Shown here: positions 51,655 through 62,177 of the stretch, in pieces
How the letters are laid out: each line of letters opens with the position of its first letter
Numbering within the stretch: position 1 is the first letter of the stretch
DNA from: Podarcis erhardii
Lineage: Eukaryota
Assembly (NCBI GenBank): GCA_964252035.1
Contig: OZ176200.1
DNA length: 64,000 nucleotides
Reading direction: 5' to 3' (one strand)
Made by a program: the position numbers and the translations under genes
The notes under the pieces: generated by a model
The model's database searches: none
Told to the model about the DNA's origin: nothing
What the model saw: only the letters and a program-made list of their open reading frames with translations

Positions 51655-53918
51655 CTTTCATTAAAGCTGAGCGTGTCCTGACACCTCGGCTTGAAGGTGC
51701 TCCAAGTCTCTCCAGCCCTCCCTTCCCAGGCCTTTCATGATGCTGCCCCTTCATAACCTTTCCTGTTATGAAACACCAAAGATGAACATACACCCTGTGA
51801 AAAATCTCATAATTATGGTTTGTATAACAAATAATAAGACCCAAATTATATTCACATAGTAGATCTATTGGACTGGTACATGTTTTAATACCTATACAAA
51901 TTTAACAATAAAGCTACAGCTCTCTGGTAACCATCCATTTCAACAAATAGAGTTTTTGTTTAATCAAGCTCCTGAACATTTGCATCATGTAAGTTTGAAA
52001 ATAACACATTATAAATAACATAAATGCCTGTGTATTTATTTTGTTTTCTGTGGAACAATGACACATTTAAGTGAGTGTGTGAAGGTTCCCCCAGCTGTTA
52101 GAAAAGAGAGATTGGGTGAGTTTATTCTTTCCTTGGGTGAGTGGAGTTATAATAGCATTTCAGACAGCTTGTTTTCTGTGAATACCTGCAACTCAGAAAA
52201 ATACTTCTGATGAAATGGACTGTAGTCCACAGAAGCTTCTACCATAATAGATTTGTGAGTCTTCAATGTGCCACAATTCTTTTCTTTTCTTTTCTTTTTA
52301 TTTTTGTTGCAAGAGGCTATCACCCTGCAAATCTTTCAGAAAGCGCAAGTTAAGAAACCTGGATTCTGGCAGCTTGAGCAACACACAAAATCAACTGGAA
52401 CTAGTGAATCTCCCTTGGGGCCCATTTAGACAATATTCTACTATCAAAATTCTGATTTTTTTTTTTAAAGGGAGAGATCTTGGCACAGGGAGAAGATATT
52501 AAATGAGCCAAGAGAGTTCACTTTTTACTAATTTACTTAGTATTGTCAGAATCTGAAATACTTTTTTGCTCCACTGTGGCTGTCCTTTTGCAGTCCATGT
52601 GATTCATATACAGAGAAAGGGAATGAGGCCAAACATTGTCACACAGGTCTAGTCTCTTGAATTCTAAAACATGGTTCATGGAGTTAAGATTGCAAATACT
52701 TGACCTGAACAGTTGTGCTAGATGAGATGAAAGTGAACTACTGCTTTTTGAATCTCACGGTTCTCATGCCCTAAAACTTTTTATAGCAGTCTAAGAATAG
52801 CATAACTTGGCTGTCTCTTTAAAATAGATACATACAGCTGTGATGTTCTGAGCAAACAGCTTATGCAGCAATCATCTGGACAGTTCAGAAATCCCTGTTT
52901 GTGCTGGAAGGCTTCCATGTTTTCAGGTTTTGAGTAATCTCCAGTTAGATAACTATGGCTTTCATAATTCAAATCACACTATGTTCTGTTTTCATTTTCA
53001 TAAAGTATAATGTTATTTATTATTTTATTCATTTATACATTGCTTGACTGTAAAAACAAACAAACCTCAAAGCAATTTACAAAATGATAAACCATAAAAT
53101 CATGAGAATTTTACAATATATCTGATACACATGCAAGTTTATACAGGGATTTTTTTTAATTTTTCAAATTAGTTTTGAATGGACAGCAAAGGCCTAGGGT
53201 GCAGCTGAACTGTTAGGTGCAGAGTTGGGGGCTATTTGTAAATAGTGGTCGGAGGAAGCTGAAATGCAGAGAAGTACAGACAGTGTATCTAATTAGCAGT
53301 GGTAATTCACAAAGCAGTTGTTGGTAATACAGACATCCTAGCATAGTTATGCTAATTATCTTACTCAGTATGCTAACAAATATTTCGTCTTAGGTCAGTC
53401 CACAAGTGATAGCAATGTGCTTGATGTATTGCAATTCAGCAGTTACAGGTGCAGCTGGTTTGAAATTGGTGTTTCTCTGCAGCAACACTTGTGTCTGCAT
53501 CTTTTAACTAACAAGTCCATGCTTCTGGGAGCCCTGGCCTAGTCAGGCTTTAGGAATCACCTATCTGCATCTATGTTGCCCAGCCTTTATGAGGTTGCTG
53601 TAGAAAAAACTAGTGTACCTGCTGCATAAAGATTTCTGTGTAAAGGGTGGAGCTGCCTTCAGTCTCATAGATCCACAGAGATGAGCTTGCCAACCCTCCT
53701 CTTTGAACTAAGGGATATGCAAGTTGGATAAAGATACATAGTGCTGTTATTTGCTTCATTTTATGAAGTGCCATTTGAGGTATACAGGTGATGCATGTTT
53801 TTGAAGAATTGCTCAGTGAAAATTGTATCACTTTTTTTAAGCTACTATTTCACCTTAAAAGAAGTTTAGTTCCTCTCTTAATTTGATTGAATTGTTTTCT
53901 TCTTCTTTTCTGATACAG

Positions 53919-53970
53919 AAACTTGCCTTCATGGTGTCTCTTGGACTGGTTACACATGACCATCTAGAAG
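53919..53970 (+). CDS. PHF21A: PHF21A internal exon (52 nt, phase 0-1): KLAFMVSLGLVTHDHLE(E)
   Basis: ttcttttctgatacag acceptor and GTAAGA donor at 53971. Peptide identical to recalled human sequence. Confidence 0.97.
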
Positions 53971-55249
53971 GTAAGAAAAATGACTATGGCTGCAATCTTT
54001 GCACACTATCAAGGAAAAAGTTTATTTAACTTAATGGTGCTTACTTCCAAGTAAATAAGTTTAGGATTGAGCTGCATAAATTCCAGAGCTCTGGAATTAA
54101 TGTACAAGTTTCAAATATTTCTGCTTAGAGTGCATACTTTCCCATGTATCAAAGCTTAAAATATCAGTTTTAAAAAGTGAAATATTTTCTGTTCAAGGTT
54201 CTGGGTTGTTTCCTGGAGTTGAAAAAATGACCAAATAGGATGATGATCCTAAATGCTAGTCTGATTTTTAGGTTTCTGACTAGGAGATCTAAGGCCACAA
54301 ATATGGTTTCTTCAATAGCAGAACCACCACAGTACTATTTTTCAAATAACTTAATTTCCTTTATCAATTAATTAGCATATTGTTTAAACTGAGGGAAATT
54401 ATTCTGACTGGCAGGCTGGATCCTAGGTTCCCTCAACCCTGGCAGCAACTCTGCCAATCAGCTGGTCTCACTATGAAGTCAGGTGACTAATTTTTCATTT
54501 CTGTGCAACAAAGCGTGCTGCAAAAGAAAACATGAGGCTTGAAGTTTTACCCATCAGCTGAAAGGCAGTAACCCCAAGTCTCTTTTCTGTAAGCATCAGC
54601 TGTGTTGCCAATTCAGTGGGCAGTGACACCAAGCCTACTTTCTGCAGAGATATCATCTGCACAGCGGATCCATCAGCCCACTGCAGTTCCATCTGCTCCA
54701 CTTTGAACAACAGGGAGCATGCTTTAAGCTCTCAATTGTGCTTGCGCAGCCACATCTCTACCTGCCCCACACCTGTTGTCACATATAAAGTCAGGTGTGG
54801 GGCACATGGGTGTGGTTTGGGGAAAGCAGCCTCCCATAGCCTGGAGATTCCTCACCCCTGGGTTAAATATATTTAAATGGTTTTGTACCTTAAAAAAAGT
54901 TTGCAATATTTTGATATGAAGTTGTTATAATCCACCTTTGGCTCATTGCATTGAGAAATACTGGGATATAAGTCAAGCAAATAAATCAGTCTTCAAACAA
55001 CTCCCTGCTTCTGGCAGAAATAAGTTGCCAACAACAAATTTTGTGTGGCACAGAATGTGGAAGATAAAAATATCAGCTGAGAGGTTTTGGAAGAGCAGGA
55101 AACGCTTTCTTAAGCTAATTTACTTTCTTTTACTTAACTTTCAACTTTACTTTCAACCCATTTATATAATATGGATGTTTCTTCAGAATTAAGTTTGCAA
55201 AGAGCATTTCAGAAGCCATAGTTCCTGACTCCTAACTTGCTCATACTAG

Positions 55250-55484
55250 TTACAGATAGGTAGCCGTGTTGGTCTGCCATAGTCAAAACAAAACAAATTC
55301 CTTCCAGTAGCACCTTAAAGACCAACTAAGTCAGTTCTTGGTATGAGCTTTCGTGTGCATGCACACTTCTTCAGATAACTTCTTCTTCAGGGGTATCTGA
55401 AGAAGTGTGCATGCACACGAAAGCTCATACCAAGAACTGACTTAGTTGGTCTTTAAGGTGCTACTGGAAGGAATTTGTTTTGTT
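55250..55484 (-). mobile_element. Short Penelope-like insertion, copy C, perfect 94-bp palindrome (55284-55377 / 55394-55487, 16-nt loop)
   Basis: 13-bp TSD TTGCTCATACTAG at 55237-55249 and 55485-55497. Begins with the same ttacagataggtagccgtgttggtctgccat terminus as copy A. Confidence 0.82.
55392..55431 (+). ncRNA. Minimal type-I hammerhead ribozyme motif (PLE-type)
   Basis: GGUAU-CUGAAGA-A-GUGUG(CAUG)CACAC-GAAA-GC-UC^AUACC. Stem I is GGUAU/AUACC, stem II is 5 bp, and helix III is reduced to palindromic AGCU. Predicted cut after 55426. Confidence 0.72.
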
Positions 55485-55548
55485 TTGCTCATACTAGATA
55501 TTGAGGTCTTTGAGCCCTAAAATGCTTTTATTTCTACCCTTTCCCAAG

Positions 55549-55628
55549 AAATACAAAGTAAGCGACAAGAAAGGAAAAGAAGGACAACAGCAAATCCAGT
55601 GTACAGCGGAGCTGTCTTTGAGCCTGAG
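55549..55628 (+). CDS. PHF21A: PHF21A internal exon (80 nt, phase 1-0): (E)[26 protein letters not shown]
   Basis: ctaccctttcccaag acceptor and GTAACA donor at 55629. Phase is complementary to the previous exon. Confidence 0.97.
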
Positions 55629-56086
55629 GTAACAATTTTTGCTTATAAAATAAGTAAATAACTTGCTGAAAAGCATTTTGCTCATTGCTTCAGCCTTCTA
55701 GGTGTATGAAAACAATCACATTCGAAGCTAGACAGTGGGGCTGTCATCACTTAAGAGAGCATGAAGGACAATTATAAATGGAAAGAAGTTTCCTACTTTA
55801 TACTTTCTTTCCCTTATATCTTCCCTCCTCCTCCTTCTCTGGCATGATTCCAGACTTGGCATTGAATTATTTCTCTCATCACAAGTGGGATCAGCATTGC
55901 CCGTAATTGTGTGAAAGACTAGCTTTTCTACAGGGTAGTATCCAAACACTGAAACGATAATCGACATAATCTGAAGAAAGTTAAACCTACATTTGATTCT
56001 TACTGAAATTTATGGATTTAAGTGCAAAAGCCTGTTTGCCTTAATGGGACTCAACACTTGTGTTCTTCCAGATTTTTTATATAGTC

Positions 56087-56088
<2 letters not shown>

Positions 56089-56116
<28 letters not shown>
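56089..56116 (+). repeat. (TG)14 microsatellite upstream of the 61-nt exon
   Basis: Read directly. Confidence 0.95.
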
Positions 56117-56121
<5 letters not shown>

Positions 56122-56178
56122 GTAGCTTTCACTTGCCAAAACAGTTGACTAACTACTTTCTTCCTTTCTTCTGTAAAG

Positions 56179-56239
56179 CGCAAGAAGAGCGCAGTCACAT
56201 ACCTGAACAGCACAATGCATCCTGGGACACGTAAACGAG
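56179..56239 (+). CDS. PHF21A: PHF21A internal exon (61 nt, phase 0-1): [20 protein letters not shown]
   Basis: ACTAAC branch point at 56148-53, pyrimidine tract, AAG acceptor, GTAGGT donor at 56240. Confidence 0.96.
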
Positions 56240-57013
56240 GTAGGTGTCTCATAATAGCACCTCCCTGTATGTTTATTTCCCTTTCTTTTGGACTGAAATA
56301 AAACAATATAGAAAATAGTTTTGTGGTACTGAATACACATCGTAGGTATGCTGTAACCCTGGTAGGCAGCTACTCTACAGAAGCATCCTTGGTTGGTAGG
56401 CTTTGTGGGTAATCTGGAATGAATAAGGTTATAAATGGGAGAATTTACTGTGTGTAAACTTGGCCCAGTAAAGATTCCCAACCCAGATTAGTAAATGTAA
56501 CCTGTCATGCATACTAGAAGGGGGGTGCCAAAGTGGTAACTGAGCTCCCATTCTGAGCTTCTTCCTGTGTAGTGACTAAGTGCGTTTGGTCCTATGTTAG
56601 GACTCACTGTTTATGAAATTATTTCTTGTGCTGTTAAGAACATGTTCAGGTTTCTCTGAAAGGCGAGTTACTTGATATTTGATGAAATCGTGTGGCAACC
56701 ATGGTACTCTTAAAATTATTACAGGGATGCTTGCAAAATTCTTTCCACCCAATTTTCTCCTTAGATTTCAAGGTTCTGAATTCTTGATCTTGCTTGTGGA
56801 ATGGCACCAGTAATCTGCCATTTCCCATTTTTAACGTACAGACTTTGTTTAGACTGCTACACATGCAGTTCGCTAGTTTTCCATTTGCATACTCCCCCCC
56901 ACACACACTTTACAGGTTACTAACCCATGCCAGCAAAGGCGAACATTGATTAAAATACTAACGAAAAAGGCAGTAGTAACATGGTCATATCTATTCATGT
57001 GCCCTAGTGTGTA

Positions 57014-57482
57014 CAGTGGTGCCCCGCAAGACGAATGCCTCGCAAGACAGAAAACCGGCTAGACAAAAGGGTTTTCCGTTTTGGAGGTGCTTCGCAAAAC
57101 GAATTTCCTATGGGCTTGGTTCGCAAGATGAAAATGTCTTGCGAGTTCCTGCGGGGTTTTTTCCTTTCCCCCCCTTTTTCTAAGCCGCTAAGCCGCTTAT
57201 CAGCTGATCCGCTAAGCCGCTTATCAGCTGATCCGCTAAGCCGCTTAACAGCTGATCCGCTAAGCCGCTTAACCGCTGATCCGCTAAGCCGCTTAACCGC
57301 TGATCCGCTAAGCCGCTTAACCGCTGATCCGCTAAGCCGCTTATCAGCTGATCCGCTAAGCCCCTAAGCCGCTAATAGCACTAATCCGCTAAGCCGCTAA
57401 TGGGCTTGCTTCGCAAGACGAAAAAACCGCAAGACGAAGAGACTCGCGGAACGGATTATTTTCGTCTTGCGAGGCACCACTG
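57014..57482 (-). mobile_element. Same MITE family in opposite orientation, 469 bp, with an expanded internal minisatellite
   Basis: TA TSD (57012-13, 57483-84). The right end is the reverse complement of the left end of the 9723 copy. Confidence 0.9.
57185..57352 (+). repeat. 24-bp minisatellite, 7 units, CCGCTAAGCCGCTTA(T/A)C(A/C)GCTGAT
   Basis: Counted directly; appears as SRL(S/T)ADPL repeats in track ORF 57035..57367. Confidence 0.95.
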
Positions 57483-59531
57483 TATCTGTAAACTGTTAAG
57501 GGTTAGGAGTAATGTTGCAAATGGAAAACTCTGGCAAATTGCACATAAGCCCTGAGATGTATTTTAGAAATTGTCCATGTAAAACTGTAAGGCAGGTAAA
57601 GCAGAGCATGGGGCAGCCAATCCATGGAACAAGAAAAGAACTTGGGATATCTATTTTATTCCTTGATCTAAACTGTGCTGCTTCCACTGTGAACAATATA
57701 TCTAGTATTAAAGGAAAGAGAGCCCAGTTGAAATTGAGATGGTGTGAACTGTGGAAGGTTTGCCCAAAAACACTTTTCCTTGAGGAGGGAAGGTTTCTGC
57801 ATTCTCCCTGCATCTTGAACCTTTAAGTGTTGTTTGGCCTCCAAGAAGCAGATGATGCACAGTTTTTGAAGTTTTGAGATGAAGCCCTCTGTTTCAGTAG
57901 GTTGTGACAGCTATCGACATGGTTGAGTTAAAGAGAGGTTAAGTTAATTCGTAATGCTTTGGGTGACCCTAAGATCAACAGAGAATGTATGTTGATGGCC
58001 AGGAATCAGAAAGGTACTATATCATCAATGCTTATTGTTGCTAATACATCACCAAGCATGTCTGTTTTGTGTCTGAGACAAGTTACTACTGATCTGCTCT
58101 CGTGTAGTGGTTGCTGTGTTCTTAGAGCCAGCCAATTGTACAGTAGAACTAAGCTTGACTTTGAGATTAATTTATTTTGACTCTGTTCAGTGCTAAATAT
58201 CATGAGTGAGCACTGAATGCCCTTTCTGTAATGCTTTCTAATGTTTCCTCTGCTCCTGGGCCTGTTGTTTCAAAAACAAATGGCCAGGTCAGAGGACGTA
58301 AGTTGTATAATACTTGATATTTCAAATGTTAAAAGATATATGCACTATGTACCTAGTAGGATGAGTGTGTTCATGCACATGAGTGTTTGGGTGAGTTTTT
58401 AGGTAGCTGAGCAGTTTCAGTAGAGTGCATTTGTCTCTTCCTGTTTAGCCCACTGATTTGAATTTGCTTAAAATGATAGTGCCTGATATTATTATTATTA
58501 CTAGTCTTTGGCAGCTTTTGGCATTTTGAAAATAAGGTGATGGTCTCATTGTAGTTTACATTGAGCAGGCTTTACTTTCCCCAAAATTTGCTGCCATAAC
58601 TGCTCAGTTCAGCTATTAGTGCATTTCCCCAGGAGATCAGATGTTCAGAGGAGCCCTTCTTTCCTTGCATAATTTGTTTCTCACCTGAAGCAAAATTGGA
58701 TGTACTGGGTTTTTTTGCACTGATGTTGGCTTTCTGTCCCTCAACACACAGAGGGCATTGGCCTTCAGTGCCACTTTCCATCAGAGTTGTTAGGTGCCAT
58801 TTACTGAAGATAATGATTACTATGCATGCATTAATTTGATCTTCCTGCCTCTTTTCTCAGTCTCTAGCTTCACTTATTGACTGCTTAAATATCTTTATAT
58901 ATATATATTCCTCTCTGAGCATATGCCTCTCATCAATCATCAGAGTAGTGGTAATGCAAAAGACAAAAATTGGTGTCTCCTACAGTGTTGTGATTTCACT
59001 TGGAATAATAGCACACTTTATCGTGAGTTATATCTTCCTACAGTCAGCAGGATAGGATTTTAACAACTCTTCATACTTGCAGATTTGCTTTGTTGAGGCT
59101 TTCTCCCACCTAGGCTACCATGCAGCTCCTTTTGCTGAGAGAGATCTCATGGGGTTGCAGGCCGTAATTTTCTCTGGCATTTGTGGAATGTTGTGAGTTT
59201 TTCTTAGCACAAAGGTGGTATTTAGATGTAGGTTTCACCTTAGGCTCACTGAGGGTGATTTACCAATGGTCATAACAATGTGATGGAGATACCATGATAA
59301 ATTAGAGTGGTAGAAATCATGGCAGCTTTTCTTTGCCAGTGGAATTTGGGGGTAGTAAGTTAAAAGTTAAAGACATTAGTGTGGTTATAGAGATAAGTTG
59401 GGAGTAGCGCTCTTTCTGAAGGCATGTGATTTCTCTCTTGTGATACCATCCTTCCTTACACAATTCTCCTATAAGTGTCTTAAAAATAACTTTACAGTCC
59501 TGACTTGGCTTTCTTTCACTCGTGACTATAA

Positions 59532-59538
59532 TACTAAC
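59532..59538 (+). promoter_or_regulatory. Perfect branch-point consensus TACTAAC (also a QKI motif) for the 23-nt microexon
   Basis: Lies about 40 nt upstream of the microexon AG, followed by a pyrimidine tract. Confidence 0.7.
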
Positions 59539-59578
59539 TTCTTCTCTGTACTACATCACTTCCTTTTTTTCATGCTAG

Positions 59579-59601
59579 CCAATGAGGAGCACTGGCCAAA
59601 G
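59579..59601 (+). CDS. PHF21A: PHF21A 23-nt alternative (neuronal-type) microexon, phase 1-0: (A)NEEHWPK
   Basis: TACTAAC at 59532-38, pyrimidine tract, catgctag acceptor, AAG|GTATGT donor. Encodes the TRKR-ANEEHWPK junction recalled from the short human isoform. Confidence 0.93.
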
Positions 59602-59653
59602 GTATGTAAGATTATTTCCCCTCCCCTTTTTGTTCCCTTTTGTTAATGTGTAG

Positions 59654-59817
59654 GTCGTCCACCTAAATACAACACGGTGCTGGGGTTTGGGGCTCTGACC
59701 CCCACATCCCCTCTGTCCAGTCATCCTGACTCCCCTGAAAATGAAAAGACAGAGACCACATTTTCTTTCCCCGCAACTGTTCATCCTGTGTCCCTGCCCA
59801 GCCCCAGCTCCACAGAC
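59654..59817 (+). CDS. PHF21A: PHF21A AT-hook exon (164 nt, phase 1-0): (G)[54 protein letters not shown]
   Basis: gtgtag acceptor at 59653 and GAC|GTAAGT donor. Completes the RKR-GRP-PK AT-hook; same entry and exit phases as the 23-nt exon. Confidence 0.96.
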
Positions 59818-61765
59818 GTAAGTAATTCTTCCTGAGAGGTTTGCTGTTCGAAGAGACCGTGGAGACTTCAGAATTTGGTTCTTTAGATGCACTGGTATTA
59901 TGGTAAACTGCAATAATATGACCCCCTCCTTCAGCCCCCTACACTTCTACTTGTACCTATTCACCCCCCCCCAAACTCTGGAGTAGTATATATATATATC
60001 TATATGATATCCACAGGACATGCCAGAATGTTCATATCCTAGAATCATAGAATTGTAGAGTTAGAAGGGGAAATATTTCAAAGTTCTATAAGCCCTTCCC
60101 AGATGCACAGTGATGCAGTGAATTAAAGACAGTGCATCTGTGATATATTTCAGCAATCTAGTGGCAGGAGGAGAATGGATCCTGTCACACAGAAGCCTTA
60201 GGAACAATTACATATTATTACTGAATCAATAAAGTAAGGAGAAATTCTTGCTCAAGATAGTTGGACACAGCATTAGTGGAGTCAGAGTGAGTGCCTTCAC
60301 TGACACCTGGCAGTTGCTTCTCGTTTATGGATTCTGCATACCTATATGGGGGAAAGTTTTCTTTTCTGTGAAAGTATCCTTCTGGTATGTGAGCCCAGTT
60401 GCCTATTCTGCCAGTTTAGCACAGGCTGTTGCTGAATTAAAGTTGATCTAACCCATAGCTTGATCTGCAGCACTGTTTTTGGAGAGTGTGGGTGGTATTT
60501 TTTTATTACTCATAAGGGAGGTAAATCCATCCTTCTCATGATGGGTGGGTTCGAATTGGAAGTTCTGGACTCACAACCTTGGTCAAGTCTCATCACTTCT
60601 CTGTACCTTCGTTTCCTCATAATAAATAGCTCCATGGTTGTAAGACCCAACTAATGAACACATTTTACACATGATCAGACTTGCATAGCTTTTATGTTCT
60701 AGTGGGCTGCACTAGATGTTCCTCCAATCTGTTTTTTATGCTGCTGAGCTAAGAGCCTCTGCATCTCATTCATGAAATATGCAGCTTGAGGATTGCTCTG
60801 ACTTACATAACTGTATCTGTAGCCTCATTGTTGAAGCAGCCAAGAATAGCCAAATCAGGAACACCATCAGTATCTTTTCTGCACTGCTGGGTATTGCAAA
60901 AGATAAAATCAACAGGCAGCATTCCTATAGGATGCAAGTTCTGTGTTAAGAGCCATAGTCATTCATTCTCTAGGTATTGTATTATTCATGAAATCTCCCA
61001 AACTATCAGAAGGCAGTAGTAAAAATTGATCCAAACAAAGAAGACTTTCCTGCTGATTTAGCATGGCGTGCACACATGCACATGAACACATTCTACTTAT
61101 AACAGGTTTGACAAAGGTTGCTAGATTCTTAAGCACATTTGTTTTATAAATAAAGCACTAGGACAGTGATCTCATTGTCATTCCAGTTGATGTCTGTTGC
61201 ACATTTTTACATAATGTTCTGAGCTTTCAGTAATGATGTAATTCTGATTAGCCATCAGCCTTCAAGCCTAGAGTGTTTTGTTAAATATCCACCCACCAAG
61301 CATGTACACACATCACATGAATGTATTGCTTCCTCCAGAAATTTACCTCCTATTTCACTTCAGTGGTGTGTGTTTTTCGGAGAATTTATGGTAAATAGGT
61401 TTGTTTTCAGTTGTGTCCCTCCACTCAACGAAGACTCCTTAATCCAACATAGGATTCCTTTAATGGAATGGGGGCAGGCATTGTTTGCTGATTTCCCCCC
61501 ATCTCTCTGCAGTCCGTAGACCTTCCCTGGTCTGCTCCAAAGGATTGTGGAGGTTGATGGGGCAGGTGGCCCCCAGAAGATAATGAAAACTGCTTCCCTT
61601 CCATTCATGGAAACCTCTGCTAGTGCAGAGTACTGCCCATTAATGGAGAGAGACAACTGAGTACAACCTTCTGATCTTGTTAGCTTCTGAATATCTTTAA
61701 CTTCCATAATCAGTTACTCAGATTAAGATGCTCATTAGGTTTCAGCTCCACTTCAACAGGCGCTC

Positions 61766-61907
61766 TAGGGCTAGGATGTGGGATCTGTGGCCTTCCAGAT
61801 GTTGCTGTGCTCAAACTTTCATTAGTCTTGGCTAGCACAGCCAGAGGTCAGGGGATTTTGTAAATTAGTTCAGCAGTATTTGGAGAGCTACATGCTCTCC
61901 ACCCCTG
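61766..61907. mobile_element. Old short hAT-like non-autonomous DNA element (similar remnant at about 37412-37520)
   Basis: Ends ...ctccacccctg; internal ccagatgttgctg..ctcaaact..cat pattern shared loosely with 37412-37520. Family not securely assigned. Confidence 0.35.
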
Positions 61908-62142
61908 TTCTAGGGAAACCTCGTTGTGTTTGTCCTCCATGCAGTCACAAAATACAAGAAAAAAGTTGGCCTTTTGAGTTTGGGTAGTCATAACACTTCA
62001 AGAGATACATGAAAGTTTAACTCTGTTGAGTGGACAATATGAAACTGGCTGTATTATTATAGATTGAACTACTTTAGAACCCAACAATGCTCAAGTCACA
62101 GGGGATCCAACCCTGTTATGTTTTGTGAAACTCATCTTAGCT

Positions 62143-62177
62143 ACTGCTACAACTGCTACTACTACTACTACTACTAC
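62143..62177. repeat. (CTA)n microsatellite, imperfect at its 5' end
   Basis: Read directly. Confidence 0.85.

Noticed and set aside
57185-57352. Regular short repeats that might suggest a CRISPR array
   Set aside because: Head-to-tail tandem units with no unique spacers, in a vertebrate intron.
57035-57367. 110-aa ORF with SRLSADPL repeats
   Set aside because: Translation of a 24-bp minisatellite inside a non-autonomous MITE.
59575-59913. 112-aa antisense ORF over the alternative exons
   Set aside because: Shadow of the sense coding exons; no independent support.
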